A program made the translations under genes and the position numbers. The notes beneath the pieces are model-generated. The model was not told the DNA's origin. It was given only the letters and a program-made list of their open reading frames with translations, and made no database searches. This document shows positions 1 through 10,789 of a DNA stretch of 64,000 bases, piece after piece. Origin of the DNA: Malacoraja senta (lineage: Eukaryota); contig CM075989.1 of NCBI GenBank assembly GCA_038087875.1, forward strand, positions 13,890,001 to 13,954,000, in the 5' to 3' direction. How positions within the stretch are numbered: the stretch's first letter is position 1; each line of letters begins with the position of its first letter.

Positions 1-1765
1 ACCCAACACCACTTCCCGACTAACCTGGATTTCACTCAGTTCCTCCATCTCCTTTGACCCGCGGCCCCCTGCTATTTCCGGCAGATTATTTATGTCTTCC
101 TTAGTAAAGACGGAACCAAAGTAGTTATTCAATTGGTCCGCCATATCCTTGTTCCCCATGATCAATTCACCTGTTTCTGACTGCAAGGGACCTACATTTG
201 TTTTAACTAATCTCTTTCTCTTCACATATCTATAAAAACATTTGCAGTCAGTTTTTATGTTCCCTGCCAGTTTCCCTTCATAATCTATTTTCCCTTTCCT
301 AATTAAGCCCTTTGTCCTCCTCTGCTTGTCTCTGAATTTCTCCCAGTCCTCTGGTATGCTGCTTTTTCTGGCTAATTTGTACGCATCATCTTTTGCTTTG
401 ATACTATCCCTGATTTCCCTTGGTATCCACGGATGCACTACCTTCCCTGATTTATTCTTTTGCCAAACTGGGATGAACAATTTTTGTAGTTCATCCATGC
501 AGTCTTTAAATGCCTTCCATTGCATATCCACCGTCAACCCTTTTAGAACTAATTGCCAGTCAATCTTGGCCAATTCACGTCTCATACCCTCAAAGTTACC
601 TTTCTTTAAGTTCAGAACCGTTGTTTCTGAATTAACAATGTCACTCTCCATCCTAATGAAGAACTCAACCATATTATGGTCACTCTTGCCCAAGGGGGCA
701 TGCACAACAAGACTGCTAACTAACCCTTCCTCATTACTCAATACCCAGTCTAGAATAGCCTGCTCTCTCGTTGGTTCCTCTACATGTTGGTTTAGATAAC
801 TATCCCGCATACATTCCAAGAAATCCTCTTCCTCAGCACCCCTGCCAATTTGATTCACCCAATCTATATGTAGATTGATGTCACCCATTATAACTGTTTT
901 GCCTTTGTTGCACGCATTTCTAATTTCCTGTTTGATGCCATCCCCAACTTCACTACTACTGCTAGGTGGCCTGTACACAACACCCACCAGCGTTTTCTGC
1001 CCCTTAGTGTTTCGCAGCTCTACCCATACCGATTCCACATCCTCCAAGCTAATGTCCTTCCTTTCCACTGCGTTAATCTCCTCTCTAACCAGCAACGCTA
1101 CCCCACCTCCTTTTCCTTTCTCTCTATCCCTCCTGAATATTGAATATCCCTGGAAGTTCAGCTCCCAGCCTTGGTCACCCTGGAGCCATGTCTCCGTGAT
1201 CCCAACTATATCATAATCATTAATTGCTATCTGCACGTTCAACTCATCCACCTTATTACGAATGCTCCTTGCATTGAGACACAAAGCCTTCAGGCTTTTT
1301 TTTACAATGCTCTTACCCCTTATACAATTATGTTGAAAAGTGGCTCTTTTTGATTTTTGCCCTGGATTTGTCTGCCTGCCACTTTTACTTTTCACCTTGC
1401 TACCTATTGCTTCTGCCCGCATTTTACACCCCTCTGTTTCTCTGCTCACCCATTTAAGAACCCCACCACCTCTTATTCTCTGTTTATTATTGTTTTCTTC
1501 TTTCCCCCCTACATGTTGGGTCTGAGTGCTTTCCTTCTCTGCCTCCTGCCTCACACACTGTCTAATAGCATTCTCTATTTGAGTCCCTCCCCCCAACCAT
1601 TCTAGTTTAAAGTCTCCACAGTAGCCTTTGCAGATCTCCCCACCAGGATATCGGTCCCCCTCAGGTTCAAGTGCAGCCCATCCTTTTTGTACAGGTCGAA
1701 CCTTCCACAAAAGAGGTCCCAATGATCCAGAAATTTGAATCCCTGCCTTCTGCACCAGTCCTCCC
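1..1765 (-). mobile_element. CR1-clade LINE: C-terminal end of ORF1 (SGNH esterase-like) plus uninterrupted N-terminal part of ORF2 (APE endonuclease and linker), running off the window edge; lies in SHC4 intron 1
   Basis: Manual translation of the minus strand shows no stop from 1611 to 1. It includes LKALCLNARSIRNK, GITETWL, GYSIFRRDR..GGGVALL, VYRPP, MGDIN, PTREQAILDWV and SDHNMVEF. ORF1 end WCRRQGFKFLDHW..DGLHLN..LN* stops at 1602-1604. Confidence 0.93.
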
Positions 1766-2030
1766 AAGGGTTTGACCATCTTACATTTAACATCCCAAAG
1801 TGCAGCACCTCACACTTATTTGAATTAAACACCATCTGCCATTGCTCTGCACATATTTCCAACTGGTCTATATCCACCTGTATTCTTTGACAACCTTCCT
1901 CACTATCTACAACTCTGCCAATTCTTATGTCATCTGCAAGCTTACTAATCAGCCCACCAACATTGTTTTCCTAATACACATCACGCCAAAGAGGTCCCAG
2001 CACCAATTCCTGAGGAACAGGACTGGTCAC
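1766..2030 (-). mobile_element. Older CR1 RT C-terminal fragment
   Basis: Translates to LEICAEQWQMVFNSNKCEVLHFG, a typical CR1 ORF2 C-terminal motif. Confidence 0.7.
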
Positions 2031-3089
2031 ACACCTACCGCCTTATTTTCTTGCAATACAATACTTCTGGAAAATTATTATCAAAAATGTTTGGTGGCAT
2101 TTCAATGAGTCAACTTTATTTTTCAGATATAGATTGTGAAGTTCGCCAATTGCAGATAGCTTTCTTAAATAGTTATTTGTTGGAGAGTCATATTTACCTT
2201 ACTTTTTGTTATGTGGCACATTCTTTAATGACACACCAAATGAAATTTTCATTCGCAACAATGAAATAATGTCAATAAAGCAAAAAAACGGAGTGTGTTA
2301 CAGTGGAGATGATTATCAAGAATTAGATGGTAATGTTATCAAAATTTGCAGTGGGATCTTGATCAGCTGGGCAAGTGGATGGAGGAATGGGAAATGGAGT
2401 TGAATTCAGATAAGTTTGAGGTATTGTGTTTTGCATATCTTCTTCCACCCCACACCCCATCCCATACCCCAGTACAGCGCTCCAAGCACCTACCACTTTG
2501 TAAGATATAATAGTTTCATAAATCTATGCACTCTCCTTCTCTCACCTTAAAGCTACACCCTTTAGTATTTGACATTTCCATCTTTGACATGGTCCCACTC
2601 TCTCAGTAATTAACGATGTGTTTTTAATTAATGTATAAAATGCCTTGCCATTCTCTTTAATTAAATTTGTCAATGACATTTCATGGCCTCTTTTAGCCTC
2701 CTGATTTCTTCTTTAAATTCTCTCCTGCTTCCTTTATATTCCTTAAGGATCCTGTCTTATTTCATCTCCCTAAATCTTACATTTCCCCTTTGACTCGTGT
2801 CCAATACCAAAGGTCATAGGTTTGAGTTGAAGGGTAAGAGTTTCAGATGGGATCCGAGGAAGATTTTTTTCAACAAAAGGGTTCGGGTTTTAGTTGAGTT
2901 TATTTAGTTTGGTTTGGATTAGTTTAGTTTAGAAAAGCTTTTTTGTTGCGTCCTAACCAGTTAGCGAAAAGACTATATGATTACAATCAAGTCGTCCACA
3001 GTGTACAGATACAGGATAAAGGGAATAACGGTTTTGACTAGTGTTGGTGTTACTAATTTGTCGATTTTTTGTTAATTATATATTATCTA

Positions 3090-3222
3090 TGTATGAAGGA
3101 ACTGCAGATGCTGGTTTACACCGAAGATAGACACAGAATACCGGAGTTACTCAGCGGGACAGGCAGCATCTCGGGATATAAGGAATGCCCGAAGTTTCGG
3201 GACGAGACCCTTCTTCAGACTC
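3090..3222 (-). mobile_element. Short copy of Penelope-like element 3' terminus (hammerhead-like core)
   Basis: Matches 38946-39072. The minus strand reads CTGAAGA-AGGGTCTCGTCCC-GAAAC. Confidence 0.7.
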
Positions 3223-3413
3223 TATGTATATTGTGTTTACTGACGGGTTATATTGTTGCAAGTAAGAATATTCGGTATCGGTATTCGAACACCGTTATCG
3301 ATACATATGACAATCGAAGACAAATTCTTGATTGAAAAAAATAAAAACAATTAATACATCTTAATTAAAAGTTAACAATTAGTGTTAAAGTTAGAAATAA
3401 AACGGCGACTTAC

Positions 3414-3989
3414 TCTCACAGTGTAAAGTGTGCCAGAGTTGAGATCATCATCCCGTGTTTGCACCGGTGCCTTGACCGGCCGCTCTGCCGGATGGACGCT
3501 GCTGACCCACTCGCCGCTGGCCGGCTGCATCGTACCCGCGGTCACCTTCAGCGGCTCGGGCTGCGAGGGTGCAGAAAGGCAGCGGGTTAGATCAAGCGCC
3601 GAGGGAGAGGAGAGACCCCGAGTCCGGAGAGAGCTGGTCTCTTTCCTCCTCGGCGTTTCTCTGGTGCCCCGCGGGAAACTCTTGAGACCAAGTAGCCCGG
3701 CCGCCGAGTGGGACAGTTTTAGGTGAGCCATTTTGGGAAGAAAGGTAGACAGACCGGTTGCAATGTCCTCCGCTTCGGATGGAAGCCCATCAGCTGATGA
3801 ACCGGGCGCCAGCGAAGAGGACGGGCTCTTGCCCCTGAGGACGGCATTGGTCGAAGGTTCCTCCAAGGATGACAACGAATCGTTCCTAAAGCGGCTGTAC
3901 TTCGCTCTGTGAAGCATCCCCGGCTGTTGAAAGAGTCTCCCTACATGTGATGGGTGCCCAGCGAGGCGACAGCGAATGCGTTCTCTCAT
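3414..3989 (-). CDS. SHC4: SHC adaptor protein 4 (ShcD/RaLP), first coding exon (CH2 region to start of PTB domain), 192 codons, phase-0 donor
   Basis: MRER...PGMLHRAKYSRFRNDSLSSLEE...PKMAHLKL...LLGLKSF...TRETPR...LYTVR resembles human SHC4 exon 1 (MRER..PGMLHRAKYSRFRNESITSLDE...YCVR). GTAAGT donor at 3413-3408, in-frame TAG two codons upstream of the ATG, and syntenic with SECISBP2L. Confidence 0.93.
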
Positions 3990-4780
3990 AGCCTACCCGC
4001 TGCGGCAACAACTCCTCCACAACCCTCCCTGTCCACCGGCAAAGTTACCAATCGTTGGACCTGGCCTGAACTGGAGATGGTTTCGGCGGTGGGTCTATAA
4101 TATCCTGCTTCTAATGTCCACACAGTGAATACAAAGTGAAAAACTAACGAGTCCGAGGTTTCCTCTCATTCCCCGCGTTGACTCAAACCCAGCAAACTGC
4201 AACAGTGGACTTGCTTCAAACGCGCCGCCACTTGGAGAAAGCGACCGGTGTCTGTGCTCGAAGTCAGATGGGGATGGGGAGGTCTTCAGTCAGCTTGCAA
4301 ACCAGGGGAACTGGCGGCTCCATTGACGAGTAACCCTGCAATGGCCCGGCGTTTCAGAGCTGACGTTAGATGTCCACTCCAGCCCAGCTGTTGTAGTGAG
4401 TGTCCCTGCCCCCCCCCCTCTCTCTCTCTCTCCAGTTGCCGAGGGTGTGATCACACGCCAGTGGCGGCCGATTCCGCAAAGCTCTCTGCCAATGCTCCTT
4501 CCTCTTCAGTCTTCACCGTCCTGTCGAAGATCGCTTATTGCAAAACTCTACACGTTTCCTCAAACAATATCCCCCAACCATTCCTCTGCAGGCGGAGAGC
4601 GAGCGGGGGGGAGGGGGGGGGAAGGGGGGGGAGGTCGCCCCGAATTTTTATGAATGAACTTTTATGAATGAGTTTCCCCCCGAGTGCACACGCTAATAAA
4701 TCTGTGAATGAAGCGGAGCTCGCTGTAATTGACAGCCAATCCCTGGGGTAATCCCCTCGCAACCAATCAGCAAAGCAAGG
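3990..4780 (-). promoter_or_regulatory. SHC4 5'UTR / CpG-rich promoter region
   Basis: CpG-rich, repeat-free sequence immediately upstream of the ATG. CCAAT at 4736-4740 and 4763-4767, TGACGT at 4361-4366, and G-runs at 4605-4634. The TSS cannot be determined. Confidence 0.6.
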
Positions 4781-5355
4781 TTCTGACTCATGTACCATAA
4801 ATACCCTAAACAATGAACGCTGCACATTTTAAAATCCCTGTTTGTAAAAGCACTCTAGAATTCGTGGTCAGAAAGGTGTCTAAGAAAGAAAAGATGACTG
4901 GGAATTTGGATGATAATAATCAACGCTGGAGATTGAAGCCAAAGCCCTGCTTGATTTTCGAGAGTTTCGATTGAATGTTGAGACAACACCAGAAGGTGCG
5001 GTACTGATCCCGTGGGAAGGCATGATGCATCTATCTCCGAGCTTGGAGTTGGAAAAAAAAATTGACTATTGGTTCAATCTCCGGTCTGCTGCAGCTTCCT
5101 GAAGCTATCAAATTTTCTCTGAAGGCATAATGAAAACTGCCAAGCACACAGGAAGTCAGGATTTGAGTGGGAAGATACGGGAAATTAATCTGCTTTTATT
5201 CATTTAACTGTCAAATTCAGTAAAATATTGACTGTAATGAGTGTCACGGGGATATGACCTTGTGGAACGGCGGAGCAGCCGAATGGACAACTCCTGTTTC
5301 TCTTTCTATATCCTTAAATTAACAGAATATTTCACCCCGACCTGTCTTTTCCTGC

Positions 5356-5537
5356 GTAGGAAAGAACTGCAGATGCTGGTTTAAATCGAAGGTAGACACA
5401 AAATGCTGGAGTAACTCAGCGGGACAGGCAGCATCTCCGGAGAGAAGGAATGGGCGACGCTTCGGGTCGAGAAGAAGAGTCTCAACCCGAAACGTCACCC
5501 ATTCATTCTCTCCAGAGATGCTGCCTGTCCCGCTGCC
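5356..5537. mobile_element. Inverted (fold-back) pair of Penelope-like termini
   Basis: CAGCGGGACAGGCAGCATCTC...GAATGGGCGACG is followed by its reverse complement CGTCACCCATTC...GAGATGCTGCCTGTCCCGCTG. Confidence 0.75.
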
Positions 5538-6189
5538 TTTTCCTGGTTTGACTCTTAAATGATGGCGGAATGAGCAATTGTACGGAGAAATCTGATAACA
5601 CGCAGGAGGTTAGAAATGAACAAAAAACCTCGGCCGAATCCCTGCGAGGTGTAGACCAGAGGTGAATGAAGAAGGGAGTCATTGCTTCACTGTTCATTGA
5701 GTTTCGTTCGGAGTCTCGGACATCCACAATGGAAAATAAAATCGCCAGAAATTAATCTTCCTACCTTAATTGGTGGAGTGCTGTGAATTGCAGGTTTACA
5801 ACCCTTGCCTTACAAGATGCTGATTCATGAAAATCGGTCAAAGAAAATCTAGACACAGCAAATGACATTAGACCAGAGACAGAACCAATTATCAACACAA
5901 TGTATCTCCAGCATTCGTCAAGACTCTTGGTGCTTCTATTGGTGAATGAATGGGAGGTTTGGCGGTTGCATCTTGTTCAATGTTGGAATTGCATCCCAAA
6001 AGGCTCATCAGCCTCGATAGAGCTTAGATACTGAATCAGACTTCCTCTGTTTTTGATCCAACTATGCATTAAAACAAACCCTAATAAGGGTCAAGTTTCT
6101 ATTTTCCATAGCAGCCTTGTGGGCTGGAATCGTCAATGAGATCATCCTAATCATGTTGCACCTTTACAGTTGCCAACAATAAATAATAG

Positions 6190-6660
6190 TAGACCTAAAA
6201 AGCTGGAGTAACTCAGTGGGACACAGGCAGCATCTCTCGAGAGAACGAATGGGTGGGAGACGTTTCTTCAGACTGAAGGTCATGGGAAAGGGAAACAAGA
6301 GCTATAGAAGATGATGTAGAGAGATACAGAACAATGAATGAAAGATAGGCAAAAATGTAACGATGATAAAGGAAACAGGCCATTGTTAGCTCTTTGTTGG
6401 ATGAAAATAAGAAGCTGGTGCCACTTGGGTGGGGGAGGGATAGAGAGAAAGGGAATTCCAGGGTTACTTGAAGTTAGAGAAATCAATACTCGTACCGCTC
6501 AAGTAAAATATGAGATGCTGTTCCTTCAATTTGCGTTTAGCCTCACTCTGACAATGGAGGTGACCTACGACAGAAAGGTCAGTGTGAGAATGGGAAGGAG
6601 AATTAAAGTGTTTAGCAACCTGGAGATCAGGTGGGTTCAGGCGGACTGAGCGAAGGTGTT
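6190..6660 (-). mobile_element. Penelope-like element 3' fragment
   Basis: Colinear with 38990-39475 of the Penelope-like element in this window. Confidence 0.75.
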
Positions 6661-6774
6661 ATGCTGTCTCACCAACACGGCCCATGTAAAAACTTAGGTC
6701 CTGAGTTAATTCACTGATGCCGGCCAAGGTTCAGCTGGCAGTAATCTTGCTTGAATTTGAGTTGTGGATTCAGG

Positions 6775-7085
6775 TCCCTATGACTCAGTTGGTGGCGTTC
6801 TCAGCTCTGAGACAGATGGTGATGGTGACTCCAGAGAGTTGAGCGCAGGAAGCTTGGCTGACACTTCAGTGAAGTACTGAAGGATGCAGCGCTGTCTAAA
6901 ACATCATCTTTCAAATAAGATGCTAAATTAAGGACCTGACCATCGTTTCAGATGGAAGCAAATGATTTGATGAATCATTTGAAGATGTGCTGATGCTTTG
7001 TCTAGTATTTACCTTGAAGCTAACAAACCAACAACTGATTGAGTATCATCATTTGCTGCTTGATGTCACATTTCTCACATTACAC
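6775..7085 (+). mobile_element. Old DeuSINE (SacSINE1/AmnSINE1-like)
   Basis: tRNA-like head (GACTCAGTTGGT) followed by GGCTGACACTTCAGTGAAGTACTGAAGG..CTGTC..TCTTTCAAATAAGATGCTAAATTAAGG, resembling the Deu domain. Diverged. Confidence 0.6.
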
Positions 7086-7481
7086 GGAGACAAAGTTCTA
7101 GTTTCCCCATTTACCATTTCTTTTAAATCAGCAGAACATACATAGAACAGTGCCAAACATGATGCTAAGAAACTAATCTCCCCTGCCAGCATGTGATCCA
7201 TATTCTCACATTCACTGCATATCCATGTTTGTCGAAAAGCCTCTTAAACGCCAGTATTGTATCTGCTTCCACCACAACCCGGGAGCGTTCCAGACACCCA
7301 CCACACGGTGTAAAAAAACTTGCCTTGCACATCTCCTTCTCAGGTGACTGGAGGGGAGAGGAGAGATATTTAGATCATCCTTGATTAGAGTTACATGGAA
7401 ATAGGCCCTTCAATCTACTCGTCCATGGCAATTAAGGTGCCTTCCTGAGCTAGTCCAATTTGCCTGCATTTAATCCATATT

Positions 7482-7800
7482 AGAAACATAGAAACATAGA
7501 AACATAGAAATTAGGTGCAGGAGTAGGCCATTCGGCCCTTCGAGCCTGCACCGCCATTCAATATGATCATGGCTGATCATCCAACTCAGTATCCCGTACC
7601 TGCCTTCTCTCCATACCCTCTGATCCCTTTAGCCACAAGGGCCACATCTAGCTCCCTCTTAAATATAGCCAATGAACTGGCCTCGACTACCCTCTGTGGC
7701 AGAGAGTTCCAGATTTTCACCACTCTCTGTGTGAAAAAAGTTCTTCTCATCTCGGTTTTAAAGGATTTCCCCCTTATCCCCCTTATCCTTAAGCTGTGAC
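7482..7800 (-). mobile_element. Young CR1 (HER1-like) 3' end with octamer tail
   Basis: (AGAAACAT)n tail, nearly identical to 25968-26270. Confidence 0.85.
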
Positions 7801-8360
7801 CATCCTATCCATGTACCTGTAAACATTGCAATTGTACCCACCCCACCCACCCCAACCACTTCCTCTGGCTGCTCATTCTATATACCCACAGCCATCGTGT
7901 GTGAAAAAGTCACCCCTCAGGTTCCTTTTAAATCTTCCCCCCCATAACATAAATATACACCCTCTAGTTTTACAACCTTCCCCCCACCCTGAGAAAAACA
8001 AGACCATGTTTATCCACCTTAATTTTTCCCCTAGTGATTTTATAAACCATTATAAGCTCACCACTCAGCCTCCTATGCGTCAATAATAACAGTCCCAGTC
8101 TATCCAGTCTCTCCTTATAACTCATGCCCACCTGTCCCGGTAATATCCTTGCTGTATCCTTTCCAGCATACCCACATCCAATGACAACCAGTACTGCACA
8201 TAGTATTTCAGGTGCAGTTTCACCAACTTCTTGTACAACGGTAACATGACATCCCAACCTTTGTAGTGAAAGCACCGTCCACTGAAGACAAGTTTGCCAA
8301 ATGCCACCTTCATCACCATGTCTACCCTTGTCTGCTTTCAGGAAACTAACTGGGACTTGC
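7801..8360 (-). mobile_element. Degraded CR1 3' fragment
   Basis: Minus strand gives MSYKERLDRLGL..RRLSGELIMVYKI and MLPLYKKLVKLHLKYYVQYW. Confidence 0.75.
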
Positions 8361-9469
8361 AAATGACGGCAAACTGGTGACTCTGTATACTGTCTCAGTG
8401 TACCACTGCTATACACTGTGCCTGAGACACTTATCTGATAAGTATCTAAGTGCTTATGTATAGTGATACTTGTATTGAAGGGTATACATAAATGTATTTC
8501 ACTGTACCTTGGTACATGTGACAAATAAAGTACCTTACCATGTCATACCTATGCAGATGTGTACGTAGCAACTGGGTTATTGTGATTTGGGAAACATCTG
8601 GTGCCTTGCAATTTCTTTGATGACTACACCCTGATATTTTATCTTATATGCTGCCCAATTTGTACAATAATATGGATAGACTAATAAGAATAAATAATCT
8701 ACAAGATATTGTGATTTAATAGCAACTCTGCAGAGATGAAGGGTAGAGATTGCAAAGTGCATTTTGGGTGGCAGGATGAAATCAGAAGACACCTTTGGAC
8801 GAGGAATAATTTCTCTTAAATATACTTGGGGACCTCAAAATCTCATTCTTTCTTCTGTCATTAATTTATAATGTTTTCCTGAAAATACCTCAGATTGAAA
8901 AATCAGGTCACGTTTCACAGTGCACAAAGCAGTAACTGGTTAAAATGATGGCTCATGATATCACTCGGTCGCCACACCTGTGTTGCTTATAGAACAACAG
9001 ATGCCTGAAAATGAGTTTTCAAGGATGTAACACAATCATGGGGTTGAGATGATGTCACTAATTGTGGGTGTGAAGCTGACGTGCTTTGTTACACTCTGCG
9101 ATCAGTTACACCCAGACAGCTGGCGGTTTGTATAATCTGTGCACTTGTGCTATTCTTGAGATGCTTGAAAAGTCTAAAGTCCCTGCATTTCGCAGGTCCT
9201 TGCCTTTCCAACAGCAGTATTATTACAGATATTGAGATTCATGAAATGAAGGTGACCAAGCCTTAAATAAAAGCAAATACCTTCAATGAAATAGGTTGCT
9301 TCTTAAAGCAAATGCTTGGATTTTCATCACTTGTGAATATCGCACAAAAGTTATTCAGTTGTAGCGGTTTTCTTCTTCGGCATTTGGTCTATAGTTAACT
9401 TCTTCATTCCATCAAAGAACATCAGGGAATTTACAGTGGGTTGAATTGTACTGAGTGAATGGAGAGTCT

Positions 9470-9760
9470 TATTCCCAGAGTAGGGGAATCATGAACCAGG
9501 GGACTTGGGTTTAAGGTGAGAGGGAAAAAATGTTAATAGGAAATGAGGGGCAACTTTTTCAAAAAGAGGGTGTTGGGTATATGGAACGAGCTGCCAGAGG
9601 TGGTAGTTGAGGCAGGTACTGTAAAAACAATTAAAAGACATTTGGACAGATACATGGATAGGAAAGGTTAAGGGGCCAAAAATGGGCAGGTGGGAACAGA
9701 TGGGGCATCTTCATCAACATGTACAACTGGGCTGAAGGGCCATTTTCTCTGCTGTTTGAC
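9470..9760 (+). mobile_element. Degraded CR1 3' fragment
   Basis: GGGTATATGGAACGAGCTGCCAGAGG..GACATTTGGACAGATACATGGATAGGAAAGG tail shared with 21570-22010 and 23900-24770. Confidence 0.75.
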
Positions 9761-10789
9761 TCAGTGAGTACTACTGGTGATCCCAATGGTGTTTGGCCAA
9801 GGAAAGAAGTTCTGCATGCCTATACATGTTCACACCCTGGATGTATTGGCATTTTTGGGAGGCTTAAAGTGCCAATCTCCTGCACTGTTGGAGTCCATAC
9901 AGACCAAATGATCAGTCTTGCTGAGATTCCCAGCACGACACTGGGAAACCTCCTCTTGGGTCCTGCACCAGGCCAGAGTCAAAGGAACTATTCAGTTAGC
10001 CGAGGGGAAGTTAAGGTATTATTTTTAAATTGTTTTCCACAATGTTGGACTATTTCTAAGTGTGCTTATATTTAATTTATTTAACTTTCTTAATATCATT
10101 TTAAGGAAAAGTTGGGAAGAACATTTTTGATCGGGTCAGTGGGGAGAATGTGGAAATCACATTCCGGAAAGAGAGAGAACGATAAGCCCCCCTAAATAAC
10201 ACGAAGTGACGTGACCCAGAAAGCCGTGGAAAGAGGATCAGAGGCTCAGCCAGGGCTCATGCAATTTCTTCACCAGTTCCCCGCAGAGTCTTTTGATATA
10301 TATGATCAGACCTGGGGGATTTATCTACATGGAGGACGTTGCCCATCCCCAATGACTCTACACATAAATGAGCACTTTGGTTTCTGAGGAACCCTTTTCT
10401 CTTAAATTACATAAAATCTCTTTGGATTCTTCTTCATCTTATTCGCTAGAGCTATCTCAGGCCATCTGCTTTCTGTCTCAGATATGTTTCTCAATCCCTT
10501 ATACTCCTCCATGGATACAATTGATCCCAGCTCAGCTGCCTATACCTGACCCATGCTTCATTCTTTCTCCTGACCAGAGCCTCAATTTATCTCTTCATCT
10601 AACAGGAACATGCATACCTTGAACTTTCACTATCACATCCGCAAACAATCTATTCCAATCAACTTATGCAAGTTCCTGACTAATACCATCACAAACGGTC
10701 TTGCCACAATTCATCTAGACAATTGAAGAGTATTTCACTTTGAAGTGGAGAGTCTTTGGATGTCAACAAGTTAAGTTACTTTCCGCAGG

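Noticed and set aside
326..1605. Plus-strand ORFs of 60-157 aa
   Set aside because: Antisense shadows of the CR1 ORF2 on the minus strand.
1602..1877. 91-aa ORF as a single protein
   Set aside because: A chance in-frame join of an old CR1 RT fragment and a CR1 ORF1 end.
3372..3413. C-terminal tail VSRRFISNFNTNC of the 205-aa ORF
   Set aside because: Read-through into the intron past the GTAAGT donor.
4248..4825. ORFs in the GC-rich promoter region
   Set aside because: Low-complexity translations with no recognisable domain, expected in GC-rich DNA.
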